64,000 bases of DNA. Origin: Cellulomonas sp. Its GTDB lineage: Bacteria > Actinomycetota > Actinomycetes > Actinomycetales > Cellulomonadaceae. Below, in pieces: positions 8,725 through 20,915 of this stretch; positions within the stretch are counted from its first letter, which is position 1, and each line of letters starts with the position of its first letter. Position numbers and translations under genes: made by a program. The stretch spans positions 5,337 to 69,336 of the forward strand of contig NZ_DASQCJ010000002.1 of the NCBI RefSeq assembly GCF_035634735.1, given 5' to 3'. The notes below the pieces were generated by a model. That model did not search any database. It was not told the origin of the DNA and was given only the letters and a program-made list of their open reading frames with translations.

Positions 8725-11292
8725 TCAGAGCTCGCCGACGCGCTGCATGTAGCGCATCGCGGCCCAGCCGACCGGGATGCGCAGCCAGTACGTGAGGACG
8801 CGGAACAGCACGGCGACCGAGGTCGCGACGCCGGGGTTCACGCCGATCACCGTGAGCGCGCCCGCGAGCGCGATCTCGGTCGTCCCGATGCCGCCCGGCG
8901 TCGGGGCGATCGAGCCGGCCGTGTTGCCCGCCAGGTAGACGATCGCGACCTGCACCAGCGACAGGTGCTGGCCGAACGCCAGCAGGCACACCTCGAATGC
9001 GAGGATGTAGCCGAACGTCGTGATGAGGTTGCCCGCGAGGCCGACCGCGAGCCGGAACGGCTGCCCGACCACCTCGATGAGCCGCGGCCAGGTCTGCTGC
9101 ACGGTCGGCAGCGTCTTCGCGGCCACCCACTGCCGCACCTTCGGGATCAGCATCGCGGCGCCGATCATCGCCGCGAGCACGCCGACCACCACGACGACGG
9201 TCGGGGACACCGTGAACCGCTCGAGCTGGTTCGTGCCGGACGCGACCGACAGCACCAGCAGCATCGGCAGCGTCACGACGAAGTGCGACACCTGGACCAG
9301 CGCGACGGTGGCCGTCGCCAGCGACGCGGAGGTGCCGCGGCGGGTGAGCAGCCGGAGGTTGATCGCCGCCGGGCCGATGCCGGCCGGCGCGGCCAGCGCC
9401 ACGAACGTCGACGCCGACTGCGCGACCGTCGCGCGCCACAGCGACAGCTTCACGGGGGAGAACGCGACCAGCGACAGCGCCGCCCCGAACAGCGTCGCCA
9501 TGCCGAGCAGGAACGCCAGCACGCTCAGCCGCCAGTCCGTCGTCGACAGCGCGCTGAGGATGGTCTGCAGGTTGATCGACGTCAGCAGGATGATGACGGC
9601 GGCGGTGGTGAGCAGGATGGTCAGCACGGCGCGCGCGCCGAACCGGACCAGCTGCACCGGCTCGACGTCGGCCTCGGGCAGCCGCGCCACCAGCGCGGAC
9701 CGGAGCTCGGCGAGCACCTCCTTGTGCGCGCGCAGCTCCTCGCGGGTGCGGCGGGGGAGGGTGATGGTCTGGAGCAGCGGGCCGATCGCGGCGATGTCGC
9801 CCTCCGGCAGCACCGCGACGGCCGACTCCAGGGCGCGGGCGGGCCCCACGCGGAGCGCGAGCAGCGCGACCATCTGCGTCCGGTCCATGCGCTGCGCGAG
9901 CTCCGAGGAGGCGACGTCGCCCTGGTCCCAGCCGACCAGCCAGACCGTGGGGTCGTCCGGGCCGTCGGCGACCAGGATCACGTCGCTGGTCAGCGCGCGG
10001 TGCGCGAGCCCCGCCTCGTGCGCCGTGCCGAGCTGGCCCCAGATCGCGCGGAGCACGTCGTCCGTGATGGCCTCGGGGTCGAGCTCGGCGAGCGACGTGG
10101 CCGCCGGCACGGGGTCCTGGACCAGCAGCATCGACGAGTCGGCCTCCGCGATCCCGCGCAGCGCGGGGTTGCGGACGCCCGCGGCGGTCGCGGTGTACGA
10201 CAGCAGGGCGGCGCGCTCGGCGGCCTGGCGCAGCGAGACGACCGACCGGCCGTCCAGGCCGCGCAGCCGCAGCGAGCGCCAGAACCGGCTGAGGAAGCCG
10301 ATCACCTGGCGGTCGCCGTCGAGCACGAGCACGTCGAGCTCCCGGCCGTCCTCGGTGACCATCTCGTAGGCGCGGTGCTCGGCGTACCGGACGGCCGCGC
10401 GGGCACCGGCGCTGGCGGGGACGGCGGGGGTGCCGGGCCGCGCCCCCAGCCCCGCGCGGCGGTGGTCGGCGTCGTCCGCCGCGTCGTCGTCCTCGTCGGG
10501 CACCCGGACCAGCACCCGCGGCTGCCAGCCCGCCCGTCGCACGCCCGCGACGAGGCTGGCGCCGTAGGCGCGCTCCGAGCGGACGCCCGACACGTACCGC
10601 ACGGCGAGGCCGGACGCGCGCCCCAGCAGCAGCGCGACGGCGACGCCCGGCAGCGACGCGCCCGCCGTGATGACCATGACGCCGACCGCGACCCAGACCA
10701 GGTTCCACGACCAGGAGACGGTCCGCCGGCGGCTGCGCGGGCCGGTCGCGGTGAGCAGGCCCGCGATCAGCGCGAGGTACTCGGGGATGGACAGCGTCAG
10801 CTGGCCGTTGAGGCGCACCGACAGGCCCGCGACCAGCTGGTCCGACCCCAGGTGGTCGACGAGCCAGGCGACGCCCGCCGCGGCGAGCACCGCGACGATC
10901 GCGGCGATGGAGGCCTCGACCATCTGCCGGCCCAGCCGGCGCAGGGCGAGCTCCGCCAGCACGGCGATGGGCACGAGGTAGGTGACGACGGTCTCGAGCA
11001 GCGTGACCGGCACGACGAGGATCTGCCGGAGCAGCGAGGCGAAGCCCTGCACGTCCTCCGCGACGCCGGACGTGGTGTTGTGCGCGTAGGTCGCCAGCGC
11101 CATGACGGCGACGGCACCGAGCAGGCTGAGCACGACGCCGAGCAGGTCGCTCGGGTGGTGCACCCGCACCGCCGGGGTGTCGAGCACCTGGGGGCGGCCG
11201 AGCCCGTCGAGCGGCACCGGTGTGCGCTCGGCCGCGGCGGGCCCGTCGGGTCGACCGGGCGCCGCCGGCGCGCTGGTCGAGGCGTCGGGCAT
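8725..11292 (-). CDS. Lysylphosphatidylglycerol-synthase TM (flippase-like) domain protein with central kinase-like domain
   Basis: C-terminal SIAPTPGGIGTTE and FRVLTYWLRIPVGW motifs; N-terminal TM bundle; soluble middle region with AHRAL. Confidence 0.8.
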   Translation of the reverse strand: MPDASTSAPAAPGRPDGPAAAERTPVPLDGLGRPQVLDTPAVRVHHPSDLLGVVLSLLGAVAVMALATYAHNTTSGVAEDVQGFASLLRQILVVPVTLLETVVTYLVPIAVLAELALRRLGRQMVEASIAAIVAVLAAAGVAWLVDHLGSDQLVAGLSVRLNGQLTLSIPEYLALIAGLLTATGPRSRRRTVSWSWNLVWVAVGVMVITAGASLPGVAVALLLGRASGLAVRYVSGVRSERAYGASLVAGVRRAGWQPRVLVRVPDEDDDAADDADHRRAGLGARPGTPAVPASAGARAAVRYAEHRAYEMVTEDGRELDVLVLDGDRQVIGFLSRFWRSLRLRGLDGRSVVSLRQAAERAALLSYTATAAGVRNPALRGIAEADSSMLLVQDPVPAATSLAELDPEAITDDVLRAIWGQLGTAHEAGLAHRALTSDVILVADGPDDPTVWLVGWDQGDVASSELAQRMDRTQMVALLALRVGPARALESAVAVLPEGDIAAIGPLLQTITLPRRTREELRAHKEVLAELRSALVARLPEADVEPVQLVRFGARAVLTILLTTAAVIILLTSINLQTILSALSTTDWRLSVLAFLLGMATLFGAALSLVAFSPVKLSLWRATVAQSASTFVALAAPAGIGPAAINLRLLTRRGTSASLATATVALVQVSHFVVTLPMLLVLSVASGTNQLERFTVSPTVVVVVGVLAAMIGAAMLIPKVRQWVAAKTLPTVQQTWPRLIEVVGQPFRLAVGLAGNLITTFGYILAFEVCLLAFGQHLSLVQVAIVYLAGNTAGSIAPTPGGIGTTEIALAGALTVIGVNPGVATSVAVLFRVLTYWLRIPVGWAAMRYMQRVGEL

Positions 11293-11419
11293 GGTCGCGA
11301 GTCTAGGCAGCGAGGGTCGTCCTGGGTGGCGCGTGCGCGCCCGTCGCGCGGAATCCGTCCTGGAGGATGACGCCTCCCGGGCGCGCTCTCCGTCGCGAGG
11401 ATGACCCCCGGGGGCTAGC

Positions 11420-12088
11420 GTGACCGGCAGGGACGCCGCCGGACGGGCGGCGGGCCCGACCCTCGAGGACCGGGAGGCGCGCGTGGCTCAGGACGTGGAG
11501 GGCCGGGTCGCGGCGGTGCTGCGGTCGGTCTGGTGGCTGCCGGTGCTCCGGGGCGTGCTGATGATCGTGCTGGGCCTGCTGCTCCTGGTGGAGCCGCTCG
11601 GCACCCTGGTCGCGCTCGTCTGGGTGTTCGGCGTGTTCGCCGTCGTCGACGGGGCGGTCGTGCTGATGCAGGCGCTGCTCGCGCGCGGGCGGCCGGGGTT
11701 CGGCTGGCTCGTCGCCGAGGGCCTGGTCAGCATCGCGTTCGGCGCGCTCATCATGCTGTGGCCCGACGTCACGGCGCTGGTGCTGTTCTACCTGCTCGCG
11801 CTCTGGGTGCTGGTGCTGGGCGTCACCGCGGTGGTCGTCGCCGTCACCCAGTACCGGGCGCGGGACCTGGCGTGGTCCGGGACGCTGGTCTTCGGGCTGA
11901 TCGGGTTCCTGTTCGGGCTGCTCCTGGCGATCAAGCCGCAGGGCACCGTGGACGTCATCCTCACCGTGTACGGGCTGTTCGCGTTCGTCGCCGGCGTCGT
12001 GATGCTGGTCTCCGGCTTCGCGACCCGGTCGCTGAGCCGGCAGCTCGCGGCGGACGGCCGCTCGGCGGGGTCGGCGCCGCTCTCCTGA
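11420..12088 (+). CDS. HdeD/DUF308 family membrane protein
   Basis: WWLPVLRGVLMIVLGLLLL...FGVFAVVDG repeat pattern; about six TM helices. Confidence 0.8.
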   Translation: MTGRDAAGRAAGPTLEDREARVAQDVEGRVAAVLRSVWWLPVLRGVLMIVLGLLLLVEPLGTLVALVWVFGVFAVVDGAVVLMQALLARGRPGFGWLVAEGLVSIAFGALIMLWPDVTALVLFYLLALWVLVLGVTAVVVAVTQYRARDLAWSGTLVFGLIGFLFGLLLAIKPQGTVDVILTVYGLFAFVAGVVMLVSGFATRSLSRQLAADGRSAGSAPLS

Positions 12089-12103
12089 CGGCGGGCCCCG
12101 GCG

Positions 12104-13009
12104 TCAGCGGATGCCGAGCGCCTCGCGCCACGCCACCGGGATCAGCGCGTAGCCCACGAACGCGACCACGTCGAGCACCGTGTGCGCCACCACGAGCGGC
12201 ATGGTCCGCCGCCTGCGCCGGTAGTACTCCGCGAACACCAGGCCCATCACGACGTTGCCCACGAACGGGCCGATGCCCTGGTACAGGTGGTACGACCCGC
12301 GCAGCACCGCGGACGTGACCAGGATGGCCGGGGTCCGCCAGCGCAGCTCGCGCAGCCGCTCCATCAGGTACCCGACGACGATCACCTCCTCCAGCAGCGC
12401 GTTCTGCAGGGCGGAGAGGATCAGCACCGGCACGGTCCACCACGCGGCGTTCAGCGCGGCGGCCTGCACCTCGACCGTGATGCCGACGGCCCGGCCGGCC
12501 ACGTAGAGCGCGAGGCCCGGCAGCCCGATCAGCGCGGCGAGCCCGAACCCGACGCCGAGGTCGCGGCCCGGGCGCGAGCCGTCCATGCCGATCCGGCGGG
12601 CGGCGCTCCGGCCGTTCGCGGACAGCAGGTACAGCGCCAGGGCGACCGGGACCAGGGCGAACCCGATCGACAGCAGCTGGTAGGTCAGGTCCAGGTACGG
12701 CCGGGCGGACCGGCTGGCGTTGAGCGTGGCGCTCTGCGAGGCGAGCGGGGTGCCCGCGGTGAGGCGCGCCGCGATGTTGACGACGGCGTACACGGCGGAC
12801 TGGCCGAGGGACAGCCCGAGGACGATCCAGATCTCGGCGGTGAGGCGGCGGCGCCGGGCGCGCTCCGAGACGGGCGGGGTGCCGGGGGCGGTCGCCGGCG
12901 CGGTGGCCGTACCCGGGGCGGGCGCCGTGGTCGCCACGAGCGCGGGCGGGGTGGCGCCGGGCCCCTCCGGGGCGGGCTCGGCGGTCGGGCGCGGGTCGCG
13001 GGCGGTCAC
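12104..13009 (-). CDS. CPBP (Abi/CAAX) intramembrane glutamic endopeptidase
   Basis: NALLEEVIVVGY, RGSYHLYQG, LVVAHTVLD motifs; start trimmed to GTG 13009. Confidence 0.9.
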   Translation of the reverse strand: MTARDPRPTAEPAPEGPGATPPALVATTAPAPGTATAPATAPGTPPVSERARRRRLTAEIWIVLGLSLGQSAVYAVVNIAARLTAGTPLASQSATLNASRSARPYLDLTYQLLSIGFALVPVALALYLLSANGRSAARRIGMDGSRPGRDLGVGFGLAALIGLPGLALYVAGRAVGITVEVQAAALNAAWWTVPVLILSALQNALLEEVIVVGYLMERLRELRWRTPAILVTSAVLRGSYHLYQGIGPFVGNVVMGLVFAEYYRRRRRTMPLVVAHTVLDVVAFVGYALIPVAWREALGIR

Positions 13010-13182
13010 GCCCGGCAGCGTAGGCCCCGCGGCTGACCGTCGGCTGGACGTGCTCTGTGCCGGTGGGCCTTGTGGTCGGGGGCGGCCCGCCGCTAGGTTT
13101 GCGACGCAAAGTAGTTGGCGAGCCGACCGGCCCGGTCGGTCCGCCGCCCCCAGCCGCACCGAGCGCACCGAGGACAGCCGCC

Positions 13183-13878
13183 ATGCCGCACCCCGCCGAC
13201 GCGCCCGACGCGCCCCGCGCCGCCGACGCCGCGGACCTCGCCGACGGCCCGCTCGACCCCGCGCTCGCGCGGGCGATCATCGAGGCCCAGCGCACCCGGG
13301 TCCGCACCACCGCCTACACCGACGACCGCGTGATCTTCGGCGTCTGGGCCGCCGCGTGGCTGGTCGGCTACGGGGTGCTCTGGGGGACGAGCGGCGACGG
13401 GGTGGCGGCCATCCCGTGGTGGGCGTGGGCGGTGTTCGGCGTCCTCATCCTCAGCGGCGTCGCCACGACCGTCCTGCACTCGGTGCGCCGGATGTCCGGG
13501 ATGGACGGCGTGAGCCGTCGCACCGGGCAGCTCTACGGCTGGTCCTGGTTCGTCGCGTTCGCCGCGGGGCAGACGCTCGTCGGCGGGCTCGCCGGCGCGG
13601 GGCTGCCGGACGAGGCGGTGACCCTGGCCGCCAACGGCATCTCGGCGCTGATCGTCGCGGTGCTCTACATGGCGGGCGGCGCGCTCTGGCAGGACCGGGC
13701 GCAGTTCGCCCTCGGGGTGTGGATGGCCGTGGTCGCCGCGGCCGCCACCGTGGTGGGGCTGCCCGGCACGTTCGTCGTCATGGGGCTGGCGGGCGGCGGC
13801 GGGATGGCCGTCGGGGCCCTGCTCGCGCACGTCGCGCAGCGCCGGGGCCGCGCGGCCCGCCGCGGGGCGGTCGCGTGA
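13183..13878 (+). CDS. Hypothetical multi-pass membrane protein
   Basis: About six hydrophobic helices; stop overlaps the next start (GTGA). Confidence 0.75.
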   Translation: MPHPADAPDAPRAADAADLADGPLDPALARAIIEAQRTRVRTTAYTDDRVIFGVWAAAWLVGYGVLWGTSGDGVAAIPWWAWAVFGVLILSGVATTVLHSVRRMSGMDGVSRRTGQLYGWSWFVAFAAGQTLVGGLAGAGLPDEAVTLAANGISALIVAVLYMAGGALWQDRAQFALGVWMAVVAAAATVVGLPGTFVVMGLAGGGGMAVGALLAHVAQRRGRAARRGAVA

Positions 13879-14177
13879 CGGACGCCGACCTCGACCCGGT
13901 GATCCACGCGCAGTCCCGGCTGCGGGTCGTCGCCACCCTCGCGGCCCTCGCCCCCGGCGACCGGCTCGCCTTCCCCCGGCTGCAGCAGCTCCTCGAGATG
14001 ACCGCCGGCAACCTGTCCACGCACCTGCGCAAGCTGGAGGAGGCGGAGTACGTGACCGTCGAGAAGACCTTCGAGGGCCGCACGCCGGCCACGTACGTCG
14101 AGCTGTCGCCGGAGGGCCGGGCCGCGTTCGCCCGGTACACCCGCGCGCTCACCGACCTGCTGGGCGGTGCCCGGTGA
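13875..14177 (+). CDS. Winged-helix transcriptional regulator (ArsR/MarR-like)
   Basis: LDPVIHAQSRLRVVATL, MTAGNLSTHLRKLEEAEYV, GRAAFARY. Confidence 0.88.
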   Translation: MTDADLDPVIHAQSRLRVVATLAALAPGDRLAFPRLQQLLEMTAGNLSTHLRKLEEAEYVTVEKTFEGRTPATYVELSPEGRAAFARYTRALTDLLGGAR

Positions 14178-15127
14178 CCGCCGGCGCGCTGGTCGAGCTG
14201 GACGGCGTCACCCGCCGGTACGGCGACGTGGTCGCGCTGGACGACGTGTCGCTGGCCGTCGGCGCCGGGGAGATGGTCGGCCTGCTCGGCCCGAACGGTG
14301 CCGGGAAGTCGACGCTGCTGTCCCTGGTGAGCGGTCTGCGCCGCCCCGACGCCGGCACGGTGCGGCTGGCCGGGCGCGACCCCCGCGACCCCGCGGCGCG
14401 GGCCGGGCTGGGCACCACGCCGCAGGAGACCGGGCTGCCGTCGACGCTGCGGGTCGGCGAGGTCGTGGACCTGGTCGCCGGGCACTACGCCGACCCCATG
14501 CCGCGGGGCGAGGTGCTGGAGCGGTTCGGGCTCACGGACCTCGCGCGCCGGCAGACCGGTGGCCTGTCCGGCGGGCAGCGGCGCCGGCTCGCCGTGGCGC
14601 TGTCGCTGGTCGGGCGCCCGCGCGTCGTGCTGCTGGACGAGCCGACGACCGGGCTCGACGTCGAGGCGCGGCACGTGCTCTGGGAGGCCCTGCGCGACTA
14701 CCAGTCCGGCGGGGCGACCGTGATCGTCACCAGCCACTACCTGGAGGAGATCGAGGCGCTCGCCCGCCGGGTGGTCGTGGTCGGCGCCGGCCGGGTGCTC
14801 GCCGACGACGACCTGCCGACGATCCTCGCGATGGCCGCCGCGCGCCGGGTGCTGGTCGAGGTGCCGGAGGCCGAGGAGCCCCGGCTCCGCGCGCTGGCCG
14901 GCGTGCTCGACGTGCGGCGCGAGGGCCGGCGCACGGTGCTGCTGGCCGGGGACGCCGACGCCGTCGTGCGGGCGCTGGTCCGCGAGGACGTGCCGTTCCG
15001 CGACCTCGAGGTCCGGGGCGCGTCGCTCGAGGAGGCGTTCCTCGCGCTCACGTCCGCGGCGTCGGCCGAGCCCGCGCCGTCCACGTCGGCCGCCACGTCC
15101 GTCACCACCGACCGGGAGCCCCGATGA
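14174..15127 (+). CDS. ABC exporter ATP-binding protein
   Basis: GPNGAGKST, LSGGQRRR, LLDEPTTGLD, SHYLEE. Confidence 0.92.
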   Translation: MTAGALVELDGVTRRYGDVVALDDVSLAVGAGEMVGLLGPNGAGKSTLLSLVSGLRRPDAGTVRLAGRDPRDPAARAGLGTTPQETGLPSTLRVGEVVDLVAGHYADPMPRGEVLERFGLTDLARRQTGGLSGGQRRRLAVALSLVGRPRVVLLDEPTTGLDVEARHVLWEALRDYQSGGATVIVTSHYLEEIEALARRVVVVGAGRVLADDDLPTILAMAAARRVLVEVPEAEEPRLRALAGVLDVRREGRRTVLLAGDADAVVRALVREDVPFRDLEVRGASLEEAFLALTSAASAEPAPSTSAATSVTTDREPR

Positions 15128-15918
15128 CCGCCACCGCGCCCGCCGCCCCCGCGTCCGCCGGGACCCGCTCCTGGCTCGCGCTCGCCCTGCTGCACACCCG
15201 GTTCCAGCTGCTGGAGTCCGTGCGGGTGCCGATCGCCGTCATCGGCAACCTGCTGTTCCCGTCGCTGGCGCTGCTGTTCTTCGTGGTGCCGCAGCGCGCG
15301 GTCGCCGACGACCCGCTGGCCTCGGTCGCGGCCGTCGCCCAGCTCGGGACGTTCGCCGTCATGTCGGCGTGCCTGTTCACGCTCGGCGCCGGGGTGTCCG
15401 AGGACCGGCAGCTCGCGTTCGACCCGTACGTCCGCACGCTGCCCGCGGGCGCCGGGCCCCGGCTGGCCGGGCGGATCGTCAACGCGATCGTGTTCTGCCT
15501 CGGCGCCCAGGTGCCGGTGATCCTCATCGCGGTGCTGCTGACCTCGGCGTCGGTGACCCCGGCGCGCGGCCTGGGTGGGCTCGCGATGGTGCCGGTGGTC
15601 GCGGTGCCGTTCACGCTGCTCGGCCTGGCGATCGGCTACGCGCTGTCGGCGAAGGCGGCGATCGCGGTCGTGCAGGCCGTGCTGTTCCCGCTCGCGTTCG
15701 CCGGCGGCCTGTTCCTGCCGCCCGAGGCGTTCCCGTCCTGGCTCGACGCGCTGTCCCAGGCGCTGCCGTCCCGGGCCGCCCGCGACCTGGTCGTCGAGGT
15801 GACGACCGGCATCGAGGGCTCGCCGTGGGCGCTGCCGGTGCTGCTGGCGTGGACGGCGGTCTTCGCGGCCCTGGCGGTCCTGGCGTACCGCCGCGACGAG
15901 GGCCGCCGCTTCCGCTGA
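15124..15918 (+). CDS. ABC-2 type exporter permease
   Basis: Six TM helices, LFPLAFAGGLFLP, ends YRRDEGRRFR; coupled to the ATPase by ATGA overlap. Confidence 0.88.
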   Translation: MTATAPAAPASAGTRSWLALALLHTRFQLLESVRVPIAVIGNLLFPSLALLFFVVPQRAVADDPLASVAAVAQLGTFAVMSACLFTLGAGVSEDRQLAFDPYVRTLPAGAGPRLAGRIVNAIVFCLGAQVPVILIAVLLTSASVTPARGLGGLAMVPVVAVPFTLLGLAIGYALSAKAAIAVVQAVLFPLAFAGGLFLPPEAFPSWLDALSQALPSRAARDLVVEVTTGIEGSPWALPVLLAWTAVFAALAVLAYRRDEGRRFR

Positions 15919-15980
15919 GGGGGTGGCGCTGCCGGGTTGCTGAGCCCGCCGTAGGTGGTCACCTGGAGCCATAGCCTGAC

Positions 15981-16724
15981 GTGATGACGCGGCGAGGTGA
16001 CCGGGCGATCCGTTCATCGGCGACGGCGGCTCTGGCCGCGACGACGGGCCTCGTGGCGCTCGTCGGCTGCGTGGCATCGAGCGGAACCCTCGACGCCCCG
16101 ATCGACTGGAGCACCGTCGACGGGAGCCCGGGCGAGTCGGTGTGCGGTCTACCGGCCGGCGACCAGAGCCCCCCGGAGACGCCCCCGGCGGTGACCTGGC
16201 AGGAGCGTGATGGCGTCGAGATTCCCGTGAGTCCGACGCTCGGGCCTGGGGACACCAGCGTGATGAACCGGTGCTACGCGCACTCACCGAGCGGAGCCCT
16301 GCTGGCTGCGGTGGGGCTGAGGGCGGACGAGATCCGGCACGGGAACGGCACCGTCATCGTCAACCGGGCGGCCAGGACGGGCGAGAGGCTGAGCGCCCTC
16401 GTCGACGGCGAGATACCGGACGTCTCGGATCTGCCCCACGACGCCACCGGGGAGCTCATCGGCTACCGGTTCGAGTCGGCACGCGACGACGACGTGACCG
16501 TGTCCCTGGCGTGGGCGTCCACCACGAGCGGCAGGTCGACGTCCGCGCGCATCCGCTTGCTCTGGGAGGACCAGGACTGGAAGGTCGTGATGCAGCCGAG
16601 CAACGGGATGTGGTCGGAGATCACGGCGGACGACCCGTTGGACCGCTTCGTCCGGTGGGGTGGTTCCCCGGGAGACTCGACCGACGCCCGAGCCTGGGCA
16701 CCAGCAGCGCGCCCCGTGCGGTGA
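15981..16724 (+). CDS. Hypothetical lipoprotein with atypical codon usage
   Basis: Lipobox LVGC; TAGCCT -10 at 15972-15977; many A/T-ending codons (CGA, GGT, TCA, ATT, ATA). Confidence 0.6.
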   Translation: MMTRRGDRAIRSSATAALAATTGLVALVGCVASSGTLDAPIDWSTVDGSPGESVCGLPAGDQSPPETPPAVTWQERDGVEIPVSPTLGPGDTSVMNRCYAHSPSGALLAAVGLRADEIRHGNGTVIVNRAARTGERLSALVDGEIPDVSDLPHDATGELIGYRFESARDDDVTVSLAWASTTSGRSTSARIRLLWEDQDWKVVMQPSNGMWSEITADDPLDRFVRWGGSPGDSTDARAWAPAARPVR

Positions 16725-16789
16725 GGTCGTCACGGCATGACGAGGTCGGCGGAAACGAGTGACGACCTCGCGCGGTTGTGACGACCTCG
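16723..16789. repeat. Nested double-palindrome element (GAGGTCGTCAC family)
   Basis: GAGGTCGTCAC 16723, CGAGGTCG 16741, then GTGACGACCTCG at 16759 and 16778; lies between convergent genes. Confidence 0.7.
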
Positions 16790-16810
16790 CGAACTCGCGC
16801 GCGCAGCGGG

Positions 16811-17563
16811 TCAGGCTCGGGCGAGCGCCGCGACCGCCTGGGCCACGGTGTCCGGGTCCGTGACCGTGTGGCCGCCCGCGGCGCCCCCGCCGCCGGGGCC
16901 GCCGTCGCCGGCCACCGCGCGGCTCGCGGACAGGTGCACCGCGTCGACGCCGGCCGCGACGAGCACCCCGATGTCGACCGGCCGCACCCCGCCGCCGGCC
17001 ATCACCTGCACGGCCCCCGCGGTGTGCTCGACCATCGCGGCCAACCGCCGCACGCCGTCGATGCTGCGGGCCTCGCCGCCCGAGGACAGCACGCGCGTCA
17101 CGCCGGCGGCGGCCAGGGCGTCCAGCACCGCGAGCGGGTCCGCCACGGAGTCGACGGCCCGGTGGAACGTGACCTCGCGGCCGTCCGCGGCGGCGACCAG
17201 CGCGGCGAGCGCCCGATCGTCGACCCGGCCGTCCGCGGTCAGCGGGCCGACCACCACGCCGTCGACCCCGAGGCCGACCGCGGCGCGCACCTCGCGCACC
17301 TGGACGTCGAGCTCGTCGGCGTCGTAGACGAACGACCCCGGCCGCGGCCGGACCAGCACGTGCACGCCCGTCGGCGTGGCGCCGCCGGCGGCGCGGGCCT
17401 CGCGCTCGGCCACGAGAGCCGCGAGCAGGCCGGCGCCCGGGGTGAGCCCGCCGGTCGCGGCGAGCGCGGCGCACACCTCGACGCGCGCGGCTCCGGCGTC
17501 GGCGGCCACGCGGTAGCCCGCCAGGTCCTGGACGGCGATCTCGAGGACGGGACGGGTCGGCAC
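16811..17563 (-). CDS. cutC: Copper homeostasis protein CutC
   Basis: LEIAV, AGAARVEVC, GGLTPG, VLVRPRPGSF, VTFHRAVD, VTRVLSSGG, VMAGGGV, AVHLSAS. Confidence 0.9.
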   Translation of the reverse strand: MPTRPVLEIAVQDLAGYRVAADAGAARVEVCAALAATGGLTPGAGLLAALVAEREARAAGGATPTGVHVLVRPRPGSFVYDADELDVQVREVRAAVGLGVDGVVVGPLTADGRVDDRALAALVAAADGREVTFHRAVDSVADPLAVLDALAAAGVTRVLSSGGEARSIDGVRRLAAMVEHTAGAVQVMAGGGVRPVDIGVLVAAGVDAVHLSASRAVAGDGGPGGGGAAGGHTVTDPDTVAQAVAALARA

Positions 17564-17623
17564 GGGCTGCTCCTGGCGGGCGCGGGGCGGCGGTCGGTGC
17601 TGACGGTAGCGCCTCCGCGCGCG

Positions 17624-17661
17624 CCGGCCCCGGGACGTCCGTGGGGACGCCCCGGGGCCGG
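17624..17661. terminator. GC-rich stem-loop between copA and cutC
   Basis: CCGGCCCCGGG(A)CGTCC / GGACG(C)CCCGGGGCCGG arms; no clear U-tract. Confidence 0.45.
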
Positions 17662-17682
17662 GGGTGCGGCGGGTGGCCGCGG

Positions 17683-20276
<2,594 letters not shown>

Positions 20277-20280
<4 letters not shown>

Positions 20281-20510
20281 AGCAGCGACTTCCGCGGCGT
20301 GACGGCGTAGCCGGCCTCGTCGACGGCGGCGGCGATCGCCTCGTCGGTCAGCGGCGCGTCCGAGATGACGGTCACGGGCGACGACCCGCCGGCGACCAGG
20401 TCGACCTGCACGTCGGTGACGCCGGGCAGCGCGGTGAGCTCCTCGCTCACGTGGCGGACGCAGTTGCCGCAGGTCATGCCGTCGACGGAGAAGCTGGTGG
20501 TCTGGCTCAT
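20277..20510 (-). CDS. copZ: Copper chaperone CopZ (HMA domain)
   Basis: VDGMTCGNC; AVDEAGY. Confidence 0.93.
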
Positions 20511-20542
20511 CGTGGTTCCTCTCGCGGTGCCGGTCGGGGGGT

Positions 20543-20824
20543 TCAGGAGCGGACGAGCCGGGCGATGGCCTCCGAGGCCTCGCGGACCTTCTCGGCGCCG
20601 GCCTCCGGGGACTGCCGGGCCGCGTCGACGACGCAGTGGCCCAGGTGGTCCTCGACGAGGCCGATGCTCACGGCCTGCAGCGCCTTGGTCACGGCGGCGA
20701 CCTGGGTGAGGACGTCGATGCAGTACACGTCCTCGTCGACCATGCGCGCGATCCCGCGGACCTGGCCCTCGATGCGCTTGAGGCGCTTGAGGTAGTCGTC
20801 CTTGTCGCCGCTGTACCCGTGCAT
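20543..20824 (-). CDS. csoR: Copper-sensing repressor CsoR
   Basis: RLKRIEGQVRGI, YCIDVLTQ, HLGHC ligand set. Confidence 0.95.
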   Translation of the reverse strand: MHGYSGDKDDYLKRLKRIEGQVRGIARMVDEDVYCIDVLTQVAAVTKALQAVSIGLVEDHLGHCVVDAARQSPEAGAEKVREASEAIARLVRS

Positions 20825-20876
20825 GTCCGCTCCTTCCGGGCGGGGCGCGACCGCACCCCGTCGTGGTCGGAACGCT

Positions 20877-20893
20877 ATACCCCCTGGGGGTAT
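20877..20893. promoter_or_regulatory. CsoR operator
   Basis: Perfect palindrome ATACCCCC-T-GGGGGTAT upstream of csoR, matching the TAC-C/G-tract-GTA CsoR-type site. Confidence 0.85.
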
Positions 20894-20915
20894 TCCGCGA
20901 GGACCGAGGTCCCGG

